Of a stretch of 64,000 bases of DNA, positions 41,725 through 53,811 are shown piece by piece. Under the pieces are notes generated by a model that saw only the letters and a program-made list of their open reading frames with translations, made no database searches and was not told the origin of the DNA. The stretch's first letter is position 1. Every line of letters begins with the position of its first letter. The position numbers and the translations under genes were made by a program. The DNA is from Octopus vulgaris (lineage: Eukaryota). The DNA lies in the NCBI GenBank assembly GCA_951406725.2, contig OX597825.1, positions 2,480,001-2,544,000 on the forward strand, in the 5' to 3' direction.

Positions 41725-43418
41725 GTGTGTGTGTGTGCTGTTATATAGCTAGATAAGTAGATAGATGCATACATACATATATACATATATACATAAATAG
41801 TTAGATATATATACAGGCGGCTAGATGTTTGACGGGAGGGATGGTGGGAGAGCGGGAAATAAGGAGAGATGATACAAGTGCGGAAAGTAATACCAACTCG
41901 ATTCGCCAATATATTCTGCAACAATAATGTAATGACTCATTTGCTATTGATGCCAGCCATTATCTAATGGTAGCGAAGGAACAATAAGTTTCCGTAGCAG
42001 ACTGGACTCACTGGCGAAACTGAATACACAGCTGAAAGTTCCCAACTATTATATTTCAATAATGTAGATTTTACGTTTATTGTTTCATAAGTAATCGCTT
42101 CTCTCCTGGTTGTGTTTCCGTTGATTTTTTTTTTCCTTTTTGTGCATATTTCGTGCTGTTTTGTCTGCTTGTATTTTGATTTGTTTCGTCATGTTTGTAT
42201 TTCTTAATTACTGCAACGATTTTCGAGTTGATTTTATTTTTCTTCCAATTTCATTCTTTGTGATTTTCGTATATTTTTCTATTATTCTGCTTTAATTGTT
42301 TTCATTCTATTTATATTTATATTTCATTCTGCTTTTATTTTCCTCAATTAAATTTCTTTGTTTTTATTCTATTTTCTTGTTTCACCTCTTTCTCTCTAGG
42401 TGTGTATGTTCAAAAATTTTGTATTTCCTATTTACTGCATGCATTTTTCTTTGTTTTTCTTTCGAGATTGTCTCATATTTTCCATTCCATTGTTTGTTTG
42501 GCAATTATTTTCCTTGGTTTGTGTTTTCATGTTTTTGTATTTTTCAAATAATATTTCTTTTTGTACGCTAGTGATAAAGCTAAAAAATTAATCATAGACT
42601 TAGCTAATCTCTTTTCGTGTCTGATTTAATTGCCTCTATAGTCACAGTCTGAACCACATTACAGCAACACAATCAGCGTCAGTAAAAGAGTCAAACAAGC
42701 GTTACTATTGCGGCTTTGTTTCACGCATGACTGAATACACAATGAAATTACACAACAAGTGTATATAATAGGTTTGACATGACCCCAAAGTCACGTTAAA
42801 TATTGCACCTGTGTGCAATATTTTCTTTGTTTTCCTTCGGTTTTTGTTTACCTTTCCTGCATGTCTGAATAACAAGCTATAAATAGGTGGAAGGCAGAAC
42901 ATGAGCCGGTATGTTAAGAATAATCATTACAAAAGAATATTAAAAATACTTCCATTTCTTTTTCACTAGTCTTTCAGTTTGCAATGCTTCTCTGTGTTAG
43001 TTATGCTATGTGTGTGTGTTTGTGTGTGTGTATACTTGTTTTGTCTCTATGTGTGTGTCTGTGTATGCATCTAGTACATTTCATATCCGTAGCATGGCAC
43101 TTAGTACTCCAGAACAGAGCCTCTCACAGGGACAGGGACGTGATTTTCTCCTGGAAAATTATGTTAAAGGTACATGTGACATTGTAATGTGTACACGCAC
43201 GTCAGTTTAGAAGTAGATTCATGATACAACAAATATATCTTCCTTATTGAAAGATATTGATATATCCCAACCACCGAAAAGTAACTAGACTTGCACACAT
43301 ACATATGTACAGTGATATATACACACAGATATACATAGACATATATATAATTATATAAATCAATACATAGATATACATAGATAGACACATATCTATACAT
43401 ATGCAGATAGGTATAAAG

Positions 43419-43450
<32 letters not shown>

Positions 43451-43592
43451 AATATAAGAGAGTGGTCACTATATTGCTCACTCTAGCACCAGTTAATCCA
43501 AAAGGTTTCAACCACGAAAATACATGTTTCCCATGAAAGTCAGTACGATTGTTAGCTCACACGGACAGGGCAAATAAAAAATAACAAAAATA

Positions 43593-43689
43593 CAGATTAT
43601 TTTGGGACAATTGTTTCGCTATTAATGAATTAAATGTAATTTTACTTACAAAAAAAATCCATTTGTAGCTCGTCAGCCAAAACTATCTG
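43593..43689 (-). ncRNA. Type I hammerhead ribozyme, inverted-arm copy
   Basis: Reverse complement of the 44524-44620 motif. Confidence 0.88.
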
Positions 43690-44523
43690 GATGAAATCCA
43701 CTCAATCACACGCCAGATTTTACCATAACGATAAATACGCGTGTGGTTCAATTGATTACATCCGACGTTATAATTCAAATGCCCCAACCAACAGCGCGCC
43801 AAACTTTCACGGAAAACAAATACAGCATTTAGAAATAAATGCAGCATAATTATAATTAATTAATAAGGGTGAGAGAATTAGATACTAATTTAATAGTATA
43901 TTTATTCAACACCAAGTGGCCTAGTGCTCCGAGAAACCTGGATTATTATAATATTTTATAACATATTATAATATTTTTACAAAATAAATATAAGAGAGTG
44001 GTCACTATATTGCTCACTCTAGCACCAGTTAATCCAAAAGGTTTCAACCACGAAAATACATGTTTCCCATGAAAGTCAGTACGATTGTTAGCTCACACGG
44101 ACAGGGCAAATAAAAAATAACAAAAATACAGATTATTTTGGGACAATTGTTTCGCTATTAATGAATTGAAACCTTTTGGATTAACTGGTGCTAGAGTGAG
44201 CAATATAGTGACCACTCTCTTATATTTATTTTGTAAAAATATTATAATATGTTATAAAATATTATAATAATCCAGGTTTCTCGGAGCACTAGGCCACTTG
44301 GTGTTGAATAAATATACTATTAAATTAGTATCTAATTCTCTCACCCTTATTAATTAATTATAATTATGCTGCATTTATTTCTAAATGCTGTATTTGTTTT
44401 CCGTGAAAGTTTGGCGCGCTGTTGGTTGGGGCATTTGAATTATAACGTCGGATGTAATCAATTGAACCACACGCGTATTTATCGTTATGGTAAAATCTGG
44501 CGTGTGATTGAGTGGATTTCATC

Positions 44524-44620
44524 CAGATAGTTTTGGCTGACGAGCTACAAATGGATTTTTTTTGTAAGTAAAATTACATTTAATTCATTAATAGCGAAAC
44601 AATTGTCCCAAAATAATCTG
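44524..44620 (+). ncRNA. Type I hammerhead ribozyme, predicted cleavage after C44607
   Basis: cagauaguuuugg CUGACGA gcua[aauggauu/aauucauu; uguaa/uuaca]uagc GAAA caauug UC ccaaaauaaucug. 13-position stem I with one mismatch, long stem II, palindromic stem III, GUC triplet. Confidence 0.9.
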
Positions 44621-45059
44621 TATTTTTGTTATTTTTTATTTGCCCTGTCCGTGTGAGCTAACAATCGTACTGACTTTCATGGGAAACATGTATTTTCGTG
44701 GTTGAAACCTTTTGGATTAACTGGTGCTAGAGTGAGCAATATAGTGACCACTCTCTTATATTTATTTTGTAAAAATATTATAATATGTTATAAAATATTA
44801 TAATAATCCAGGTTTCTCGGAGCACTAGGCCACTTGGTGTTGAATAAATATACTATTAAATTAGTATCTAATTCTCTCACCCTTATTAATTAATTATAAT
44901 TATGCTGCATTTATTTCTAAATGCTGTATTTGTTTTCCGTGAAAGTTTGGCGCGCTGTTGGTTGGGGCATTTGAATTATAACGTCGGATGTAATCAATTG
45001 AACCACACGCGTATTTATCGTTATGGTAAAATCTGGCGTGTGATTGAGTGGATTTCATC

Positions 45060-45155
45060 CAGATAGTTTTGGCTGACGAGCTACAAATGGATTTTTTTGT
45101 AAGTAAAATTACATTTAATTCATTAATAGCGAAACAATTGTCCCAAAATAATCTG
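45060..45155 (+). ncRNA. Type I hammerhead ribozyme, predicted cleavage after C45142
   Basis: Same as the 44524 copy apart from one fewer T in the stem II T-run. Confidence 0.9.
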
Positions 45156-45434
45156 TATTTTTGTTATTTTTTATTTGCCCTGTCCGTGTGAGCTAACAAT
45201 CGTACTGACTTTCATGGGAAACATGTATTTTCGTGGTTGAAACCTTTTGGATTAACTGGTGCTAGAGTGAGCAATATAGTGACCACTCTCTTATATTTAT
45301 TTTGTAAAAATATTATAATATGTTATAAAATATTATAATAATCCAGGTTTCTCGAGCACTAGGCCACTTGGTCTATTAAATTAGAATCTAATTCTCTCAC
45401 CCTTATTAATTAATTATATATATATATATATATT

Positions 45435-45540
45435 TAATTAACAGAAAGCGATAAATATCCAAGGTGTGAAAGATTTCAGAACATTTATAAGTGTTCTGAA
45501 ATCTTTCACATCCTTGGATTTTTATCTCATTCTGTTAATT
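45435..45540. repeat. ~105-bp near-perfect hairpin (foldback)
   Basis: aattaacagaa..tccaaggtgtgaaagatttcagaaca tttataag tgttctgaaatctttcacatccttgga..ttctgttaatt. Confidence 0.9.
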
Positions 45541-45720
45541 TTTTTATATATATGCACGCTAATATATTACCTACGTTGGACTCCTCATTCGCATAATCAC
45601 CAAACATGGAGCTTAACTAACGTCTGTACATAGCAGTTACTCAGCATTACCTGACACATTTGGGTCTTCTTGACACCGTTACCTCTCTCATTTATATATA
45701 TATATATATGTATGTATATG

Positions 45721-45751
<31 letters not shown>

Positions 45752-46434
45752 ACACATATTTTTTAATTTTATTTCATCTCATCTAGTTTCAGCGCACGAA
45801 ACTATCTATGTATTTAGATAGATATAGATATATCGATATATAGATATATATACATACACACACACAGGTATACAATTACTCGTGCGCAAACACATATAAA
45901 CACATACACACTCACATACATGTGTCTGTTTGTGTACTGTTGGGTGTTTGTGCTTGCATACATGCACTTCATTTGTGCATGTATGTATAAATGTGCGTGC
46001 ATGTATCTTATTCTATGTAATATAACACAATATGACATATATAATTGTGTGTATAAGTGTGTTTATAGGTGTATATGTTTGCACAAAACGTTTCATTGGA
46101 TCTCCTTTGTTTTAAATGATGATCGAGCAATATTTTTTAAAGTCAATGAAATCGTTCAGAAAAATTCTATGACATTTATTGCATTGAAAATATATCGAAG
46201 CATTATTGAATATAGTTCCAAGAATATTGAATTTCCAATTCCATATATTGCATGCATTTCATGACATTACGGTATTACAATAGCATCTGGATTTGTTTTA
46301 CTCTCAAATAAACAAATTTTTGTACAGATTTCAATTAATTTCCTTTGCTAACGCCAGTGAAATATTTCCCATATCAATATTGTTGTTTCAATCTGAAAAA
46401 TTTCTATTATGAAATTATAATTAAATTACACGCG

Positions 46435-46481
<47 letters not shown>

Positions 46482-46534
46482 CACACAGATAGTGAGAGAG
46501 GGATATGTACATGTACATGAATACGTTCATACAT

Positions 46535-46604
<70 letters not shown>

Positions 46605-46727
46605 TACATGCACACACATATACATACGCACATATATATGTAAATATATTTTTCATCTCAAAAATTTCCAATTTACAACTTTAATTAAATTATGGAATAA
46701 TAGCCGCACATATACGCACACACACAG

Positions 46728-46825
<98 letters not shown>

Positions 46826-47099
46826 ATGCGGACACACTCATACACATAAGCATGCACGCAGAAACACACACCCATACATACAGCAGATGAGATCCAGAAT
46901 TCCCTGTATAGAAAACACTTTGTTGTGCTCAAATGATTCAAACTTAGATTCCTGATGTCTTCACGAGGGACCAATCCAATTCTGCGGGGAAAGACTGGCT
47001 ACAAGAGGAATAAAGTTGAGCTGATACGGAGGCTATTATGCGGATGAGCGAATTAAATATAGCAGCTTGGATTCGGTATGCAATACACCTACATACACA

Positions 47100-47190
<91 letters not shown>

Positions 47191-47212
47191 ACATATATAT
47201 ATATATATATGT

Positions 47213-47800
47213 ATATAAAATATTCTATAATCATATGCATTATTATAATCAGGGGTCAGCTAAGTTCCTTGCCACGTACTGAATTAGAAATAGACGCTAA
47301 TGTCTTTTCAACTACCGTAAAAATCTCCGAGACAATAACACAGTTATTTTATGTAGGGAAAACGGAAAATGATGAATCTTCACGAATTCGGATAATCACA
47401 GACAGGTTTCGAACTTAACGTAAATTATTATATTTACCTATTGTTCTCCTCACTCTAATACTCCGAATTATAAATTTGCGAGTGTCAGGATTAAATATGT
47501 ACGCTTGATCGCTTGATCTCATACAAATTTAATCCTAACAATGGCAAATTTATGATTCGGAGTATTACACTGAGAAGAACAATAGGTAAATATTGTTTAC
47601 TTTAAGTTCGAAACGCGTCTGTGATTAACCAAAGTCGTGTGGATTCATCAATTATTTTTCTCCCTACATAAAATGTTATTATCTCGGAGACTTTATGATA
47701 GTTAAAAAGACATTTGCGTCTTTTTCTAATTTAGTACGTGGCAAGGCACTTATTGATCCCTGATTATAATTACGTGTATTATTATAGAATATTTTGTATA
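47213..47800. mobile_element. ~590-bp diverged palindrome (two inverted pLTR-like arms), each arm with a degenerate HHR
   Basis: Arms of ~290 bp pair along their length (e.g. ccttgccacgtact/agtacgtggcaagg, atatttacctattgttct/agaacaataggtaaatat). HHR at 47564-47625(+): auuaca CUGAGAA gaac..guuc GAAA cgcg UC ugugau; mirror copy at 47395-47459(-). Confidence 0.75.
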
Positions 47801-47851
47801 TTTTTTTACGTACTCACTACTTGCTAAAATTATTAATAAATTAATTAATTT

Positions 47852-47983
<132 letters not shown>

Positions 47984-48416
47984 CTTGAGGTGATTCTATC
48001 TATATATTATGAGAAGGAATACATTAGTAAAAAGGCGGTGCTAATGGAGGAAGTGTGTTGGTAGGTCGATATAATTTATCCCCAATCTTAAGCGTTAAGA
48101 ATATCTTTACATATGAACACAACAATGTTTGCTCTTGCAAATTCCAGTACACACAAAGAGCGTTGCTTTGGGGTTGCAGCCTTTTATAGATTTCCTGTGG
48201 TTTTCAGGTCAAAGATGTCTAATCACCTGAAAAAAAAATGAAATGACTATTGTTAGAAAATCGGTTCACATCTTTATCAATAAATTTGCTTTAACTTATT
48301 CTGAAATCAGGGAGTGTCTTTGCCCACACACTCTATACACACACACACACACACACACACATACACACACACACACAAATATACATATATATGTATGTGT
48401 GTGTGTGTGCAGGCAT

Positions 48417-49260
48417 GTGTGTTTATAGGTAAAGATATTCTTAAAAACGCTTAACATTGGGAATAAAGTAGGTCGACCTAGCAACATACTCCTTCCATTA
48501 GCACCGCCTTTTTACTAACGCATTCCTCCTCATCCTTGCCTTTGAGCATTCTTGTTACTCATCACATCCCACCTTCCTTAGATAGTCGCCTTCCCCACAA
48601 TATTTGAACTTTCATCATTATCTCATATCTGTTCATTAACACAAAGCACTCACAAATACACCACTCCCTTAGCTACTGACCACTTCACCTTCCACTCTCT
48701 ATCCACCTCTACATATCTCAGTACCCGTCCTCCACCACCAACCCACCGTCATTATAATAATATCTACTGCTAGCTGGTCCACCTATCCATTTATCTGCTC
48801 TAATACATTTCTACAACCCTTAGTAAACCCCCTTCTTTGACAACCTAGCATCAATTCCCGTATAGTTACATTTTAAGTATCTATGGATTAAATCCTTTTC
48901 CTCCTTCTAAATACTGCCATCCCTTTTCCCACTGTTTCAAATTCTTATAGTTTTATAACAATTACCCCTAAATTTTGACAGCTATTCACAAATATAACGA
49001 CTCCCCACCCTTCAATTACTAATCAAACTGCCCTCCAACTCATAGCCCAATTCCCCATCTCTGCTACTACTATCTATACTTGAATATCCTCATCATTAAA
49101 CCCTCCCACTTCCTCAACTGACTCTCTTATCTCCTCTCACTCTTCCCCGCATCAACGCACCCAACAACACAACCTAGCCTCCTATTTCTTTTCTCCAATA
49201 CTTCTGCTTTCCACATTTAAACATTCTACGTTTAAACTTATTCGCATCATGATCTGAAAT
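48417..49260 (+). mobile_element. C/T-skewed Neptune-type PLE relic (linker/GIY-YIG region)
   Basis: Remnants SHPTFL..NFHHYL (~TYHP..RNFxHLQ) and WSTYPFICSNT (~CxTCPF). 48417-48532 is duplicated in inverted form at 48008-48121. Confidence 0.35.
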
Positions 49261-49483
49261 GTAAGATCTGTTTTCTGCCTTTGTGAGGAGGCTCAATTTG
49301 TTTCATGCTGATTGCTCTCATCGCGGCCTTCATATTTTGGTGAACTGAATCTGCCAACATTCTGTAATCCTCGTAAATTTTATCTAATTAAATACGTCTC
49401 TATTTATGCTTAAATATTGAAGGTCTGAAAGTTTGTATGTATACATTATATATATTTCCGAGTCCACAGGGGAGCGAAGTTCA

Positions 49484-49539
<56 letters not shown>

Positions 49540-49613
49540 ATATATGTATATATATATATAAATAGATAGATAGATAGATAGTTTTAAGAGACAGAATCAC
49601 CCTCAATCTATAA

Positions 49614-50108
49614 ATGACTGCCACCCCACTGCAACGCACCTGGTGTGTACTGGAATTTGCAAGAGCAAACATTGTTGTGTCCATGCAACGTGCTTTCAGA
49701 CTCATACGATTCCACCTACACTCAAGTCCATTTGGAAGTGGTTGAACAATTTTAGTTAGAAATGGTGTATCTGTGATCAGGGAAAGGGAAATTCTGGCCA
49801 ACCATCAATTTCATAGGGAATAGTTGATCGAGTTAAAAGAAAAGTCGTGCGCAGCCCCCAAAAAGTCAATAAGAAGAGCTACCCGAGAGTTACATCTCCA
49901 CACAAACACAGTTTACAAGATACTACACAAACACCTGAAGTTTCAACCTTACAAGCTGCAAGTAGTCCAAAAAGTCCATCCTTAAGATGATAGAAGGCGA
50001 TTTGAATTTTGTGAGAATATCCAGTAATTAACGGAAGACAATCATAAGATGGTCAAAAATTATTTTCAGTTGAACGGCAAAGTTAATCGGCTTAACGTAC
50101 GGATATAC
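49614..50108 (+). pseudogene. Tc1/mariner-superfamily transposase relic (DUF4817-type HTH N-terminus)
   Basis: MTATPLQRTWCVLEFARANIVVSMQRAFR..PPTLKSIWKW..GNSGQPSIS..VRSP..SIRRATRELHL..TVYKILHKHLKFQPYKLQVVQ..RRRFEFCE..FQLNGKVNRLNVRIY, with stops and frameshifts. Confidence 0.85.
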
Positions 50109-50179
50109 ACTTGTCTTACTCTTTTGATTTTCTGTAAATTTCAACTATATATGCATACATACATACATACATACATACA

Positions 50180-50277
<98 letters not shown>

Positions 50278-51796
50278 CGTATATGTACATAAATATAAGG
50301 GGGAATTTTGGTAACAACTATGTTCAAGCCCTTATGCTAGAAGAAGATCAGCTATGGTCTTAATCACTAATAATTGTTCTCCAGAAAATCTAGCACATCA
50401 GAAACGTAAGCGAGCAACACAGATGAAAAGTAACAAAAATATAGATTAAACATAAACAATTGTTTAACTATCAACAAATTACGTAATTTTACTTAGAGAA
50501 TTTATCTGTAGATCGTCAGTATGATCGTCTATATTTCTAAGACGATTGTCTAAGAACAATTCTTAGTGGTTAAGACCATAGCGGATCTTCCACATATTGG
50601 TAACAAAAATTCCCTCTTATGTTTATGTATTAAATACTATTTACTGAATCTCAGTTTTTTTATATGCTAGACCACTGGTGTTAAAATAGATGTTATCAAA
50701 TTAATATCCAATTTTTTCTCAATCATTTCGATTTAAATTTTAAATATATATATATATAACGTATAGCTGTGTGCGTGTGTATGTGTGTATTTGCGAGCGT
50801 GCGTATATGTGTTTATGGATATGCATGTATAATCTAAAGTGCAAATAGTAACAGAAATCCGCGTGGTGAGTCTCTCCATATGTGAATAATACATTGTTAA
50901 TGGCGCTATGTACTTGTTAATTAATACACCTACGAATGTGAAGAGGCTATTGTCAGCAGGTGCATTGCTATACAAATTAACTTTGGAATTAGAAATACTC
51001 GAGGAATGGAAGTGCAGCGTTTCCATTACTTAGCGATTCGATATTACTGTGAAGATTCCTATCTGTAAATTCAACCACATTCCCAAAATGAAATTTAAAA
51101 AATACGTATAACTAAATACTTTCACTTATAATATCTTCATTTCGGTGGGAAAACAATATAATGTTGAACCGGGGAAAGAAGCCTTCCTTGACGTTTTCTA
51201 CTGGTCTAAAACTATTTTCGAAGCATCTGTGAGGCAGAAAGAAGTAACCGCCCTCGGTGAATTCATACTAGACACTTTAAGAAATAGAAAACTACTGCAC
51301 ACCCGGATTATATAAAGGCAATGGATTGCTTATTTCGTGCAGAATACACGAGAGCGTCAGTGAGCGTGTTTAGACGAGTCGATGTGAACCTTACTATTAA
51401 ATACAACTTAAAAACAGCTTCTTTCTTGTCATTGCATCGTTTTCCTTGAGAAAGAAACTGTAATCTTAGAGGAGATGCAATAAAGAACATATTTAAATAG
51501 ACCGGAATAACAACCGAACTCACTATAATTAGGAATCATATAAACGGCATATTGTGATTTTATCGTTAAAACTGAAATTGTTAACAAGTACGCCTCTTAT
51601 CACAATGATAAACTAATGGAAGGATACGCGAAAACCCGAGACACACACATACACACACGCACACACAAACACACACACACGCATATATGTATATAAATAT
51701 GTATATATATATGTATGTATATATATATATATATTTATACATACATATATATATATATTTATGTATATGGATTATATGTATATATATATATATATA

Positions 51797-51844
<48 letters not shown>

Positions 51845-52039
51845 TACATAGTCGTGTTGTTGTTGTAGCAAGGTAAGTGCTGTCCCTGCGCCTGCGCATA
51901 CTCCACTTTAAAATAATTTAGCCAGAGACATTCCAGTCACTCAGTAATCTCCTTGATTTAATACCGAAGATACTTATGTATGTCGCAACACAACTACCAC
52001 CGTTACAGTCACCACAACCGTCGCCGCCATTGTCCCTGC

Positions 52040-52057
52040 TGCCACTACCACTAATAT

Positions 52058-52116
<59 letters not shown>

Positions 52117-52150
52117 ATACTAATACTACTACTACATGTACTGCTACTGC
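52040..52150 (+). repeat. (CTA)n microsatellite
   Basis: Seen directly. Confidence 0.95.
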
Positions 52151-52713
52151 TTTATATAAATACATATATTTCAAAAGCTTCATCTGGTATTGATTTTGTG
52201 GTCGTCTTTGTCAACGTTTTGATTTTGGGATCATACGTTTCTTGGTGGTCAGTGAAGTGGTTGTTGGTGTCTTCCATTACTGAAGTGTTTTATTCAAACA
52301 GTCATAGCAATGAAATAAAAAATTGCGCGTTGTTCCTCGACCTCACTCAAATGACTGTATGTCTAAACTGAAATAATTTTGAGATCACAATGTGCATTGT
52401 TTCCCTTGACACAACGCAGGCGGTGTAAAAAATAGCCTAAATAATATTTCTGACCTACATCTAGTCCTTCACAGTGAAACACTGACCTGGGGCTAAGCAA
52501 CAAAATTAATTGGAGTAAATAAACATTCTACTGCCGAAAATTGAAATATAATTAATGTTAAGGAGAGAAATGTTTGGAGCAAAAATCTTTCTGCACATTC
52601 ATTATAAACGAAATTGTGAAGATGCATTCTACTCACTGTGTTGCATGGATTAAATGCTATTGGGTGTCTACTTTTCAGTTTTCCAGATAGAGAACGAAAA
52701 TTATATTCGTTTC

Positions 52714-53082
52714 TACTCTAGGCACAAGGTCCGAACCTTTTGAGGAGTGGCGTCCAGTAAATTAGATCAGCCCCAAAATGAAAACAGCTACTTAATTTAT
52801 CGACCCCGAAAAGATGAAAGGCTAAGTGGACGACGACGGAATTTGAACTCAGAGCATAAAGGCAGACAGAATATCTATTTTTCACTACCCACAAGGGGCT
52901 ACACACAGAGAGGACAAACAAGGACAGACAAACGGATTGAGTCGATTACATCGACCCCAGTGCATAACTGGTACTTATTTAATAGACCCTGAAAGGATGA
53001 AAGGCAAAGTCGAGATCGGCAGAATGTGAACTCAGAACGTAGCGGCAGACGAAATACCGCAAAGCATTTCGCCCGGTGTGCT
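52714..53082 (-). mobile_element. Two adjacent Nin/Deu-domain SINEs with different 3' tails
   Basis: 52714-52871 has the ctcaggcacaagg tail type and 52875-53082 the cccacaaggggct tail type. Both contain the ttta..gaccc.gaaa.gatgaaaggc core and gaactcaga. Confidence 0.8.
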
Positions 53083-53364
53083 ATTTTATCAAATTAGTAT
53101 GACTTACTTAATACAGATTTGATAATCCTACCTGTCTTCCCTACAACTCTCATTTTAAGGCCGTTGTTAGTTGTGCGCAGGTTTTTCTTAAATACCTTTA
53201 TCAATTCTTTCCTAGGTGTAGCGTCGGCAAACATCACTCTGCGAAATTTCTTGTATGCGTGCACGCTTACATGCAGTCATATACATTATTTTATATATAT
53301 GCGGAGTTAAACGCATGTATTATTCAAGGAAAAATACACACATCCATTTATATGTACATACTTT

Positions 53365-53407
<43 letters not shown>

Positions 53408-53415
53408 ATATACAA

Positions 53416-53490
<75 letters not shown>

Positions 53491-53765
53491 TATATGTATA
53501 TAAACATACATATACATATATATACATATAAATATAAGAAATATTGAATTTCTAAATCTCTCGTTGAGACATGTACGGTGGTGGGGCGGCGATAGAATGG
53601 TTGTATACTGTCAATCTAACAAGAACGTGATAGTAGGGGGTACACCACCGCTGTATAGCCCTAGGAAGCATCGAACGCCTCCTGATAGCTTTGACACATT
53701 TTTTCCCAGTTTCCTTATATACATATACGAAGGGGAGACAAACACCCCCGGCTGCCGAAACTGCA

Positions 53766-53811
53766 TCTAGGGACACCGTGTTTCAGGATCGTTGTCCTTC
53801 ATCGGCCTAGA
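53766..53811 (-). ncRNA. Type I hammerhead motif (U4 to C)
   Basis: Minus: ucuagg CCGAUGA agga-caacga-uccu GAAA cacggug UC ccuaga. Perfect stems I and II, GUC triplet. Confidence 0.72.

Larger units (their letters stand above)
43445..45417. mobile_element. Young array of 536-bp HHR-containing monomers (retrozyme or PLE pLTR-like): ~1.35 units inverted, then ~2.3 units direct, between (TA)n runs
   Basis: Unit starts at 43445 and 43981 (period 536). Polarity switches at 44166-7. Opposite-strand units start at 44166, 44702 and 45237. Copies are nearly identical. Confidence 0.92.

Noticed and set aside
42050-42590. Long T-rich tract giving Phe-rich membrane-like ORFs
   Set aside because: Low-complexity composition artefact.
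43445-45417. CRISPR-like array or ordinary satellite interpretation
   Set aside because: There is no short repeat/unique spacer pattern and the context is eukaryotic. Units are 536 bp, few, partly inverted and each carries a ribozyme.
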